Source of the DNA: an uncultured Candidatus Saccharibacteria bacterium
GTDB taxonomy: Bacteria; Patescibacteriota; WWE3; UBA101185; UBA10185
Reading direction: 5' to 3'
DNA: 64,000 nt
Assembly (NCBI GenBank): GCA_964643995.1
Contig: CAZXUJ010000001.1
Coordinates: 337,492-401,491, forward strand
In this document: piece by piece, positions 36,779-45,916 of the stretch
Position numbering within the stretch: position 1 is the stretch's first letter
How the letters are laid out: every line of letters starts with the position of its first letter
The notes under the pieces: generated by a model
The model's database searches: none
Told to the model about the DNA's origin: nothing
What the model saw: the letters and a program-made list of their open reading frames with translations, nothing else
Translations under genes and position numbers: made by a program

Positions 36779-38324
36779 TACACGAAAAAAAGACTTAGAT
36801 ATTGTTTACGAAAGAATCCTAAGCGATAAAGCTTTTAGAATTAAGACTACTTCTGAGATGCACAAGTGGTTTTTTGTTACCTATTTTAGTGAATATGCAA
36901 AGTACAAGATTGCCCCTTTCCAAGAAGAAATGTTCAGATTAAGTGAATTGGATGATACTCCTCTAGTTGTTATCGAAGCGTTCAGGGGTTGTGGAAAGAC
37001 AACTATATTAGTTCTTTCGTACATCTTGTGGGCTGTTTTAGGTAGTCAGGGGAAAAAACACATCTTGATTGCTAGTCAAAGCTTAGATAAAGCAATGAGT
37101 ACCTTAAGAGATATAAAGACCATTCTTGAGACTAATAAATTGCTTATAGATGATTATGGGCCCTTTAGAATTCCTCCTGAACCTTGGAAAGAAAAATCGC
37201 TACACCTACCAAAGTATGATGCAAAAATAGTTCCTATTTCAGTGGAAGTAAGTCCAAGAGGCTATATACACAAAAGCAAAAGACCTGACTTAATAATTAT
37301 TGATGACCTCGAAAGTATAAATACCATAAATTCAGTTGAAATGAGAGATAAAGCGTTTAAATGGTACATGGAAGAAGTTGTTCCTAGTGGTGATGTGGAT
37401 ACAAAGATTGTAATAACAGGTAACTTTTTACATTCTGATTCTTTAATAAAACGCCTGCAAGTAATGATTGATAATGATGAGCTTGACGGCATTTATAGGC
37501 GGTATCCTTTTTATGATTCAGATAATAAACCTTTGTGGTTTAGTAAATTTCCTACATCTAAAGAAATCACCGCTTTAAAGAAAAAGGTTGGAAAAGATTC
37601 TTGGCTAAGAGAGTATCTGTTGGAGGATATTCCAGTCGGAACTAGCCCAATAACTAAAAACCTAATCAAGTATTACTCTGATTTACCTACTCAAAACATT
37701 GCCAAACAAATAAAACTACAGTATGTGGGTACGGGAGTTGACCTCGCTATATCCAAACAATCTACTGCACACTACACAGCTATGGTGTCCGTAAAGGTAT
37801 TTTATGTAGGTAACAAAGTTAATGTCTATATCCTTCCAAATCCTATAAACGCTAGATTAACTTTCCCAGAAGCATTCGATACTGTAAAAAGAGTTTCCAA
37901 AGCATTAGATCCAAATGGGGATGCAACCCCAATAATAGTTGAGACCATAGCTTATCAGGAGGCAATGGAACAGGCTCTAGTGCAGGAAACATTTCCTGTT
38001 AAAGGAATAAAACACAATTCGCTAGATAAAATGGCAAGATTAAGTTTAGTTGCAAATTTTATGGCAGACCATAATATCAATTTTCCAACGTCTGGTTCTG
38101 AATTGCTTATTTCTCAACTTTTAGGTTTTGGTAGTGAAAGATACGACGATCTTGCTGATGCTTTCACAATGATCATGACTGAAGTAATGGAAAGATGTAG
38201 TTTTAGACCATACAACTGGGATTACAAACCAAAGCCAGCACCCCCTTCTAAAAGTTTATTTAGTGACTTACATAGAGATATGTCTGATCCTGTAACAAAA
38301 GGACTAATAGACATGAAATTCTAA
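36753..38324 (+). CDS. terL: Phage terminase large subunit (ATPase + nuclease)
   Basis: Walker A-like FRGCGKTTIL, Walker B LIIIDDLE, and a C-terminal RNaseH-like nuclease region (GVDLAIS...DLADAF). Sits downstream of terS. Confidence 0.75.
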   Translation: MVRIQMSNNTRKKDLDIVYERILSDKAFRIKTTSEMHKWFFVTYFSEYAKYKIAPFQEEMFRLSELDDTPLVVIEAFRGCGKTTILVLSYILWAVLGSQGKKHILIASQSLDKAMSTLRDIKTILETNKLLIDDYGPFRIPPEPWKEKSLHLPKYDAKIVPISVEVSPRGYIHKSKRPDLIIIDDLESINTINSVEMRDKAFKWYMEEVVPSGDVDTKIVITGNFLHSDSLIKRLQVMIDNDELDGIYRRYPFYDSDNKPLWFSKFPTSKEITALKKKVGKDSWLREYLLEDIPVGTSPITKNLIKYYSDLPTQNIAKQIKLQYVGTGVDLAISKQSTAHYTAMVSVKVFYVGNKVNVYILPNPINARLTFPEAFDTVKRVSKALDPNGDATPIIVETIAYQEAMEQALVQETFPVKGIKHNSLDKMARLSLVANFMADHNINFPTSGSELLISQLLGFGSERYDDLADAFTMIMTEVMERCSFRPYNWDYKPKPAPPSKSLFSDLHRDMSDPVTKGLIDMKF

Positions 38325-38446
38325 CCTTTTGAGGTATAATTGCCTTAGAAAATTAAACAGCCGCGAAGAAAATCCACTATTTTGTGGTGCATGAAACCTT
38401 AAAAGGGGCTACTCTTCAGGGTTTCATGCTTCGCGGCTGTTACTAC

Positions 38447-38464
38447 AAGGGTAGTCCCTTTTTT
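38447..38464 (+). terminator. Intrinsic terminator downstream of terL and of a large hairpin
   Basis: AAGGG-tagt-CCCTT stem-loop followed by TTTTTT. Confidence 0.45.
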
Positions 38465-38555
38465 ATGTACAGTTGCAAAAATAACTACAATTTAAAAACT
38501 TGCCTATATTTAAGTGGTCTGTCATCAATCATCTTGAAAAATAAATTTATATTGT

Positions 38556-39302
38556 ATGGAGGTGATTAATACGGAAAATAATGAAAACAAACCAAAAAAG
38601 AAAAGTAAGTTAACAATGTTGGGTTATATAATCGGTGGATTATTCATATTTGGAGGTGTCAGTTTCATCTTTTCAAAAGAGACTGGACCGCTGGTTGGTT
38701 TAGGGTACTTAGCTTCGGGTTTAGTTGTATTTCCTCCGTTTTGGGAGTTTATGAAAAAGAAATACGATTTTGTATTATCTAGACCACTAAAAATTATGGC
38801 ATTTTTAGTTCTTATGGGAATTACAGGAGGTTTACTGGTGCAGAGAGCTGATAAATATCAAGAACCTAAACCTACTGTAGAAAAGATTACCAACGTTACG
38901 TCGCCTACAGTAAAAAAGGAAGTTAAAACTACGCCCAAAATTGTTGAAGAAAAACCCAAAGTAGAGCCTTTGGATATAGCTATTACAAGCCAGATCGTTA
39001 AAAAAGTAGATGGAAAATGCAGATACTTTTTTGATGTAAGGAACACTGATGTAAATGAATTTGAAGGTTCTGTAGAAATTGCACTTATGAACTCATCCGG
39101 AAGTACTTTAGGCAGAGAAACTTTCAACACCAATAAACCTATCCAACCATCTTTAGGTTCAACTGTTTATTTTGATATAAACACTTGTCCAGGGGGAGAA
39201 TTAGGAATATCAGATTATTCATACAAGGTTATGGTTGGGAAAGATATAGTAGCTGAGGGTAAGAAAAGTATTACTTCTAAGTATGAGAACTTGAGTTATT
39301 GA
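38556..39302 (+). CDS. Hypothetical membrane-anchored protein
   Basis: Two N-terminal hydrophobic helices, then a Lys/Pro/Val-rich linker (KKEVKTTPKIVEEKPKVEP) and a beta-rich C-terminal domain. Confidence 0.4.
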   Translation: MEVINTENNENKPKKKSKLTMLGYIIGGLFIFGGVSFIFSKETGPLVGLGYLASGLVVFPPFWEFMKKKYDFVLSRPLKIMAFLVLMGITGGLLVQRADKYQEPKPTVEKITNVTSPTVKKEVKTTPKIVEEKPKVEPLDIAITSQIVKKVDGKCRYFFDVRNTDVNEFEGSVEIALMNSSGSTLGRETFNTNKPIQPSLGSTVYFDINTCPGGELGISDYSYKVMVGKDIVAEGKKSITSKYENLSY

Positions 39303-40114
39303 CCATCTTGGAAGAACCTCTCTGGAGGTTCTTCCACTTGGTTGTTGTCAATTTTTGATAATGCATTTGAGAAGTCGGTTTCAACTTGTTTAAGTATTTG
39401 TTTCAAATCCTCTTTCACATTTCGTCTGAATTCATTTTGACCTTTTAGCCAAAAATGCTGTGTTGTATTGAAATCATAAAAAATTAACTCACTTGTTTCC
39501 CACATCATCAATAACATAAAGTTTGCTAATGATAGGTTTGCTAACGTTCTATATGAAAGTTTCTCTGTATACCCGCCACCTACAATTAGGGTGCCTTCAT
39601 GCATATTGTAATGTGTTCCGATAACTTGCCTTGATGGGTGCGTAACTTTACTCAAAATTCCATACATAGTGCCTGCATCTTTAATTACTGTTTTTAGATA
39701 ACGTATACAATCGTTGCCGCTAACTTTATTTTTTTTATATTTTTCAAATATTGTTTCATCAGCATGAAATGCGAATGCCAAAGCAAGACTTTCAAACGCA
39801 GACCGCATTAGATATTGAGGTTCTAGCACATATCCCTGCTTACTTAATTGAATGGCGCCAATCATGGTGTTACAGGCTTGCCAAATTATCGCTTGTGATT
39901 CAAACAACTCATCAGATACCTTTTCCTGTTCTGTGTTTACAATGATATCTAAGATTTTGTATATATGCGTGAGGATGAAGACATTGTGTGCTAATTGAAC
40001 TTTAAACTTTTTGTTGACTTCCTTTTGAGCATTTTCCGAGTACTCATACATAACTTTAGTTATTAATTCTGCATAATGTCTTAGCTTAGGATCGTTGTGT
40101 ATTTTATCGGTCAT
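39296..40114 (-). CDS. Hypothetical protein
   Basis: 272-aa ORF in the phage-like module; no family recognised. Confidence 0.4.
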   Translation of the reverse strand: MTDKIHNDPKLRHYAELITKVMYEYSENAQKEVNKKFKVQLAHNVFILTHIYKILDIIVNTEQEKVSDELFESQAIIWQACNTMIGAIQLSKQGYVLEPQYLMRSAFESLALAFAFHADETIFEKYKKNKVSGNDCIRYLKTVIKDAGTMYGILSKVTHPSRQVIGTHYNMHEGTLIVGGGYTEKLSYRTLANLSLANFMLLMMWETSELIFYDFNTTQHFWLKGQNEFRRNVKEDLKQILKQVETDFSNALSKIDNNQVEEPPERFFQDGQ

Positions 40115-40196
40115 AGTGCAATTATACTTGGGAAAAGGAAATGCAGGTGAAGTTGTTTTTTCTCAAGAGTTCGTATTTCCAATAGACATTTAGTTT

Positions 40197-40703
40197 TTAT
40201 TGCAATATTTTTGTCATATCTTCTAATAGTGTTTGGCAAAGTTTTTTATTCTCATCTTGTTGCTCTTTTGTAAGAATGTATTGTTCTTTTGTTTGAAAAT
40301 CCATGAGAGCAATAGTTTCGTTATTTGCCTTAAAATACACAGGGTTTAAAACAAACAGTGAATGTTTTACTAAATTTAAAATTTTATTGAACTTCTCTAA
40401 ATCACTAATGATTCTTAGATGCTCTTCTGTGGTAATACCTACCAATTGTAAGTCTATAGATTTAAACTTAGTAAGGTGTTTCCCTAACATGCCTGAGTTT
40501 ACGGGCTGTTCAAACATTTCCAACACTTGCGATAAACTTAGTATAAGGCTATTTCCTAAGGACAATATTGCTCCCATATACATCCATACTCTTTGTATAT
40601 ATTGATCCGCAATTGTTGGTCCATCAGTTGTTTTTTGTATATATATCATCTTCAACGATTTTAGCATTTTAAGTTGCCGTGTTATTAAAAGTATGTCATC
40701 CAT
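40197..40703 (-). CDS. Hypothetical protein
   Basis: 168-aa ORF diverging from the recombinase gene; no family recognised. Confidence 0.35.
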   Translation of the reverse strand: MDDILLITRQLKMLKSLKMIYIQKTTDGPTIADQYIQRVWMYMGAILSLGNSLILSLSQVLEMFEQPVNSGMLGKHLTKFKSIDLQLVGITTEEHLRIISDLEKFNKILNLVKHSLFVLNPVYFKANNETIALMDFQTKEQYILTKEQQDENKKLCQTLLEDMTKILQ

Positions 40704-40710
40704 TGTGTAG

Positions 40711-42006
40711 ATGACTAAAGCAAAAGAAGAATTAAAATACTGTCTTTATGCTCGCAAAAGTTCGGAATCAGATGAACGGCAAGCACGTTCAATAGAATCT
40801 CAAATTAATGAAATGCAGGAACAAGCAAAGAAAGAAGGATTGAATATCGTAGAAGTTAAAAAAGAGTCGCACAGTGCAAAGATATCGGGGACACGACCTG
40901 TATTCTTGGAGATACTTAAAGAAATTAATTTAGAAAAATACAATGGGATTTTAGCTTGGTCACCAGACCGATTGAGTAGAAATGCAGGAGACTTAGGAAG
41001 TTTAGTAGATTTGATGGATAGAAAGAAACTTGTTCATATTAAAACTTATTCTCAATCTTTTACCAACAACCCAAACGAAAAGTTTTTACTTATGATTTTA
41101 TGTTCCCAAGCAAAGCTAGAGAATGACAACAGATCGCTACATGTTCAAAGAGGTATTAGAAACAAATGTGAAATGGGTTGGAGACCTTGCCCTGCACCTA
41201 TTGGCTATATTAATTACTCCCATGAAGGCACTAAAAAAGTGATGCTTGATAAAGAAGCAGCTCCCTATGTAAAGGAACTGTTTGAACTTGTAGCCCATGC
41301 AAACTATAGCGGAAGAGATTTAAGAGAACATCTAAAACAAGATAAAAATCTCCGACGACTAACTAACAAGAAAATATCTTTAAGTATGATTTATACAATA
41401 TTGAAAACGCCTTTTTATTACGGTGAATTCGAATATCCACAAGGAAGTGGGAAATGGTACAAAGGTGCTCACGAACCCATAATTGAAAAGTGGCTATTTG
41501 ATAAAGTGCAAAGGAAATTAGTCACTTCAAAAAAATCGAAATGGGGTTCAACTTTCTTTTTATTTAAGCATGTATTCAAGTGTGCTTATTGTGGAGCAAA
41601 CTTTGTTGGTGAAGAAAAACATAAAATGCTCAAAGGTGGAAAGAAAAGGACATATACATATTATCGCTGTTCCAGGCAAGTGGATCCGAACTGTGAGGAA
41701 CCGTATGTAAATGAAAATGAATTAATTGGTGAGTTAATCAATTATGTGGGATTGATAGAAAATAAGAGAGACTCAAACCTACATCTAAACAGTAAAATCA
41801 GAGGCAGAATGGATAAATTTACCAAGTTAAGAATGTCTTTACTTGAAGGAAAGAATATAAAAGTCCACGAAAAAGTAACATTTACGGAGTATTTCAAATA
41901 CATTATTTATAATGGAACTAAAGAAGAAAAACAGGAAGCAATTGAAACACTGAAACTACCGTTATTCATTCACAATAAGACTGTTTACACACATCCGTTA
42001 GGATAA
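40711..42006 (+). CDS. Large serine recombinase (resolvase/invertase catalytic domain + recombinase domain + zinc ribbon)
   Basis: N-terminal YARKSSESDERQARSIESQ with a catalytic Ser context and ...SPDRLSRN. A C-terminal Cys cluster (CAYCG ... CSRQVDPNC) forms a zinc-ribbon-like element. 431 aa. Confidence 0.8.
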   Translation: MTKAKEELKYCLYARKSSESDERQARSIESQINEMQEQAKKEGLNIVEVKKESHSAKISGTRPVFLEILKEINLEKYNGILAWSPDRLSRNAGDLGSLVDLMDRKKLVHIKTYSQSFTNNPNEKFLLMILCSQAKLENDNRSLHVQRGIRNKCEMGWRPCPAPIGYINYSHEGTKKVMLDKEAAPYVKELFELVAHANYSGRDLREHLKQDKNLRRLTNKKISLSMIYTILKTPFYYGEFEYPQGSGKWYKGAHEPIIEKWLFDKVQRKLVTSKKSKWGSTFFLFKHVFKCAYCGANFVGEEKHKMLKGGKKRTYTYYRCSRQVDPNCEEPYVNENELIGELINYVGLIENKRDSNLHLNSKIRGRMDKFTKLRMSLLEGKNIKVHEKVTFTEYFKYIIYNGTKEEKQEAIETLKLPLFIHNKTVYTHPLG

Positions 42007-42010
42007 AACA

Positions 42011-42730
42011 TCAAATATTTTCACTAAGTTCAAAAACTTCCCTTTTCGAAGGGAGAGGTAAGGGACTTTTCCCAAAAACAACTTTTTTATTTGTCCCAAG
42101 AGAAAATTTACATGAATCAGGTTTTGAATAGTTATTACCATCATTAACAACATCAATTTCTATTGATTTATCTAGTTCCGGCCAAATTCTAGTAAGCACA
42201 AAAGTTTTATTTGGTTTTGGAATAGGACCTATAAGGTATACTGCTGGTTTTGGCTTTATTTCCCTAATTTCATCATGAACCTTTTTGTGATTAATATGTA
42301 CGTTGTTCTTTGTGATATTGCAAAGGATTATAGTCTTGTCGTCATATGCCTTTTTCGCAAGCTTAGGTGATAGTTTAGTATTTATAAGGAAAGTACCTAA
42401 ATCGAGCGACTCTCTTTCTGAGTATTCAACTACTTCCACATCCTGGAGATTCATGTGTACTGGTTTGTCGTCAGACTCTACTAGATTCATTGTTACTATA
42501 TCTGGAGAGTCATTTATAGCTTTGGGTACCTGCATCATGAAGTGCAATCTTGTAAACTTGTTAATTCCTAGTAGCGCTATTGCTACAACTTTTGCTTCTA
42601 TAACTTTTTTAAATTCTCTGGAAGTTAATACTTTGTCCCCATACGTTTTTAGTAGTTCATCGTAATAAACCAGAACTAATCTAGGGGAAACCCAGCATTT
42701 CTCTTGTGCATTATAATAATCTAGTGACAT
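42011..42730 (-). CDS. Hypothetical protein
   Basis: 239-aa ORF between the recombinase and tRNA-Pro; no family recognised. Confidence 0.4.
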   Translation of the reverse strand: MSLDYYNAQEKCWVSPRLVLVYYDELLKTYGDKVLTSREFKKVIEAKVVAIALLGINKFTRLHFMMQVPKAINDSPDIVTMNLVESDDKPVHMNLQDVEVVEYSERESLDLGTFLINTKLSPKLAKKAYDDKTIILCNITKNNVHINHKKVHDEIREIKPKPAVYLIGPIPKPNKTFVLTRIWPELDKSIEIDVVNDGNNYSKPDSCKFSLGTNKKVVFGKSPLPLPSKREVFELSENI

Positions 42731-42779
42731 ATCTGGATGTTAGCATAATTGCCGTCAACTGATGAGTTATACTTAGTTT

Positions 42780-43004
42780 ATGGATAAGAAAGTTCTTATT
42801 GAAAAACTTAAAAATGCTAGATCGACTATGGTTTTGGAAAGAACCCTCATTCAAGTCTTTGAAGATATGAACTATAAAAACAATCATATAGATTTTGAGG
42901 CTTTCAAGAGGGAGCTTGGCTCTGACATCGCAGTATACATCTCAAAAACTTTGGGTGATGGTAGGGGTATAGTAGAGATTCTTGAAGATCACTATAAAAA
43001 ATAG
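42780..43004 (+). CDS. Hypothetical small protein
   Basis: 74-aa ORF; weak support. Confidence 0.3.
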   Translation: MDKKVLIEKLKNARSTMVLERTLIQVFEDMNYKNNHIDFEAFKRELGSDIAVYISKTLGDGRGIVEILEDHYKK

Positions 43005-43125
43005 ATGTTGTTGTAAACTAAACCAAATCAAGCAAAACAGCGGTTCGTGAGTTAAAAAATCAATAGGGGTTTTATCAAACCATTAACGGGTAATTTAAGC
43101 ATCATGGTCACAATGATGCCCATTC

Positions 43126-43202
43126 TGGTCGGGGTGACAGGACTCGAACCTGCGACCTCACGCACCCCATGCGTGCGCGCTAGCCAACTGCGCCACACCC
43201 CG
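43126..43202 (-). tRNA. tRNA-Pro (anticodon GGG)
   Basis: Minus-strand cloverleaf: acceptor CGGGGUG/CACCCCG, D-stem GCGC/GCGC, anticodon stem CACGC/GCGUG with loop AUGGGGU, T-loop UUCGAGU, discriminator A, and encoded CCA. Confidence 0.85.
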
Positions 43203-43258
43203 ACGTATTCGGCGGGATGGTAGTGATGTACTTATCACGTCACACCCCGACGTATTCG
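43194..43258. repeat. Direct repeat (18 bp x2) comprising the tRNA-Pro 5' end plus flank, bracketing a tRNA-5'-half-like hairpin mini-element
   Basis: CACACCCCGACGTATTCG occurs at 43194-43211 and again at 43241-43258. Between the copies the minus strand reads GUCGGGGUGUGACGUGAUAAGUACAUCACUACCAUCCC. Confidence 0.6.
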
Positions 43259-43332
43259 AACAGGTGAATAATACCATTTACATGACATCGCCAACCATAT
43301 ATGAAAAAATTAATGTATAGGAGGTGATAATA

Positions 43333-43779
43333 ATGGACGAAAATATACAGCAAACAACAACACCAGCTGCGCCTAAAGTTGAAATAATGTATGCAACTTT
43401 CATGCAAAGATTTCTAGCAGTATTGATTGATGCAGTACTTGTAGGATTAGTTGTTGGTGTCAGTGGAATTATTCTAAACCCAATATTTGGGGGCGAGGAT
43501 GGTATGTTTTACAACCCTCTTGGAATAGTGCTTGGACTTGGGTATGCGATATTCATGCTAACACAGTATGGGGCGACACTTGGAAAAAAGGCACTTGGCA
43601 TAAAGGTTGTTAAACAAGAAGTTGGCGAAAATCTTAATCCCGTAGACGCATTCTTGAGAGAGGTGGTCGGTAAGTGTTTATCGAGCTTTTTCTTGATAGG
43701 ATATCTTTGGATGCTTTGGGACCCAAACAAGCAGACATGGCATGACAAGATAGCAAAGAGTTTAGTTGTGAAAGCTTAA
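43333..43779 (+). CDS. RDD family membrane protein
   Basis: AGGAGGTGA RBS then ATG. RFLAVLIDAVLVGLVVG followed by hydrophobic helices is typical of the RDD domain. Confidence 0.6.
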   Translation: MDENIQQTTTPAAPKVEIMYATFMQRFLAVLIDAVLVGLVVGVSGIILNPIFGGEDGMFYNPLGIVLGLGYAIFMLTQYGATLGKKALGIKVVKQEVGENLNPVDAFLREVVGKCLSSFFLIGYLWMLWDPNKQTWHDKIAKSLVVKA

Positions 43780-44474
43780 GGTGTTTGTAAAACTACTGGA
43801 GGACGTTTAGTAAGCTTTAGATGGAATAAAGGTCTTTCCTGCCCAAAGCTAAGTTTTTTACTCCAAGTTGAATCGAAATTTTTTAAAGTCTCTTTTTGTA
43901 GAGGGCTTATGGTTACCTCCTGAAAACCTACATTCAGAAAATTTGGGACGACGTTAGCCTTAACATACTCTAGACTCAAATTTTCCAAACCCAATCTGTC
44001 AACTTCGGTTGGTTCTGTTTCCTGCGCATAACCAAACAATATTTCTAGCTCGCCATTCTCTTTCAGTAAGTCATACAACTTTTTTGGTGCCTCAGAATCA
44101 GGCAACACTATAGAACTAAGCAGAGAACCCCAAGGCAATATAACCGTTACTTTGGTGGCGAGACCATAGAGCTCCTCAGGCAATAGCTCGATAGAACCTA
44201 AAACAAATAAACAATTATTAACTTTTGTTTTAACAGCTTTTTTGGAATATTTTTCTAGTTGTGCCTGGCTCGGATCTACACCAATAAAAAGGCCATCTTG
44301 GGTTTTGATAGCATTCTTAAAAACAAAACGACCATCACCGGTACCAATATCAATATGGACAGTATTAAATTTTTGGGTTAACTCGGCGAGATCGAGCCTT
44401 GTGATATCGCGAGTTGAACTACCTAGAATCAGTCGCATTGTTGTTATTATAGCCTTTTCAGCTAAAATAATCAT
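43776..44474 (-). CDS. Class I SAM-dependent methyltransferase, NpmA/KamB (16S rRNA m1A1408) family-like
   Basis: VHIDIGTGDGRFVFKNAI...FIGVDP, ILPWGSLL and WSKKLSFGQERPLFHL parallel the HIDLGTGDG / FPWGTLL / WAKRL.FGR blocks recalled for Kmr-family aminoglycoside-resistance methyltransferases. Comparison is from memory only. Confidence 0.5.
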   Translation of the reverse strand: MIILAEKAIITTMRLILGSSTRDITRLDLAELTQKFNTVHIDIGTGDGRFVFKNAIKTQDGLFIGVDPSQAQLEKYSKKAVKTKVNNCLFVLGSIELLPEELYGLATKVTVILPWGSLLSSIVLPDSEAPKKLYDLLKENGELEILFGYAQETEPTEVDRLGLENLSLEYVKANVVPNFLNVGFQEVTISPLQKETLKNFDSTWSKKLSFGQERPLFHLKLTKRPPVVLQTP

Positions 44475-45914
44475 ATGATCCTCGGAAAACGTGTGAATAA
44501 AACATATTTTTGTGAACCCGTTCTAAAAGAGCTGGAGTTCAAAATTGGCAATAATAAGAAGATTGGGATTGTTGGAAAAAACGGTTGTGGGAAAACCACA
44601 CTCTTAAAACTTATTGCAGGAGAAGAATCTACTACTGAAGGAACAATTGAAATTCAGAGTGAAATTGTAGGTTATATTCCACAAGAGCTGGAATTTTCAA
44701 AGGGTTTGGTAGGCGAATTACTTGAAGAAAGTCTAGAGGGGCATTGGGAATTTTACAAAGCTGAGATCCTGGTTAGCCAACTGAACTATGAAAACTTTGA
44801 TGCTTACCAGGAAATAAAAACGTTGAGTGAGGGTCAGAAAATGAAATTAAAATTAATTGAGACACTTCTTAAGGAGCCCACAGTGCTACTTATTGATGAG
44901 CCAACCAATCATTTAGATATTGAGGGCATTCATTGGTTTGAAGATTACATTAAAAATCTACACAAGACGGTAGTTATGATTTCACACGATAGAACATTTT
45001 TGAACAATACCGTAGATGAAATCTGGGAGATAGAAAATGGTTCAATAATAAGATTTGTAGGTGACTATGATAACTACAAAGGCGAAAAACTTAAATTGAT
45101 AGATAAGTGGGACCAGGAGTATGTACTATTTTTAAAGCATAAAGCAAAGCTTGAAAGACTACTCGACAATGCCAGAAAAATAAAGGGGGATAAACGAGGA
45201 AGAGCTGTGAAAGCTGCTAAGAAGAGAATTGACAGAGAAGTCACACAAAACAGCAAAGAAAAGTATTCCACCAAAATAATCAAGAATGTCGAATTTGATA
45301 CCGATACTAGAAAAAGCAAGCTCATGGTACGGTTTGACCACATCACTAAAGATTATGGCGAAAAAAATGTTTTTACAGACTTATCTTTTGAAGTGCGAGG
45401 CAAAGAAAAAGTTTGGTTATTTGGTCCAAATGGTGGTGGAAAAAGCACCATGGTAAAAATGATTATGGGCGAAGAACAGCCTACTGCAGGAAACATAACC
45501 ATTGGTGACAACATACGAGTAGGGTACTTTGCACAAAAACAAACTCACCTAGATTATGATAAAAGCCTGCTAGATCATTTTATTGAAAAAACGGGATGCA
45601 AGTACGATAAAGCATTTGGAATGCTGGACAAATTCTTGTTTGATAAGGATGCGGTAAAAAAACGTGTGCGTAATTTAAGTCCGGGGGAACGTGCTAGATT
45701 TGCATTTGCAATATTTGCATATGAGGATTACGACATGTTGATTTTGGATGAACCGACAAATCATCTGGATATTGATACCAAAGAAGTCATCGAGAAAAGT
45801 TTATCAAAGTACGAAGGAACGCTTCTTTTGGTCTCACATGATAGATATTTTGTTGAAAGTGTTGGTGTAGGAAAGCTGTTAAATCTACGGGAAGGAACTT
45901 TGGAAATACTTTAG
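44475..45914 (+). CDS. ABC-F family ATPase (tandem ABC domains, no TMD)
   Basis: Two Walker A sites (GKNGCGKTT, GPNGGGKST), two ABC signatures (LSEGQKMK, LSPGERAR), and an inter-domain linker with a basic helix. Confidence 0.8.
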   Translation: MILGKRVNKTYFCEPVLKELEFKIGNNKKIGIVGKNGCGKTTLLKLIAGEESTTEGTIEIQSEIVGYIPQELEFSKGLVGELLEESLEGHWEFYKAEILVSQLNYENFDAYQEIKTLSEGQKMKLKLIETLLKEPTVLLIDEPTNHLDIEGIHWFEDYIKNLHKTVVMISHDRTFLNNTVDEIWEIENGSIIRFVGDYDNYKGEKLKLIDKWDQEYVLFLKHKAKLERLLDNARKIKGDKRGRAVKAAKKRIDREVTQNSKEKYSTKIIKNVEFDTDTRKSKLMVRFDHITKDYGEKNVFTDLSFEVRGKEKVWLFGPNGGGKSTMVKMIMGEEQPTAGNITIGDNIRVGYFAQKQTHLDYDKSLLDHFIEKTGCKYDKAFGMLDKFLFDKDAVKKRVRNLSPGERARFAFAIFAYEDYDMLILDEPTNHLDIDTKEVIEKSLSKYEGTLLLVSHDRYFVESVGVGKLLNLREGTLEIL

Positions 45915-45916
45915 AA

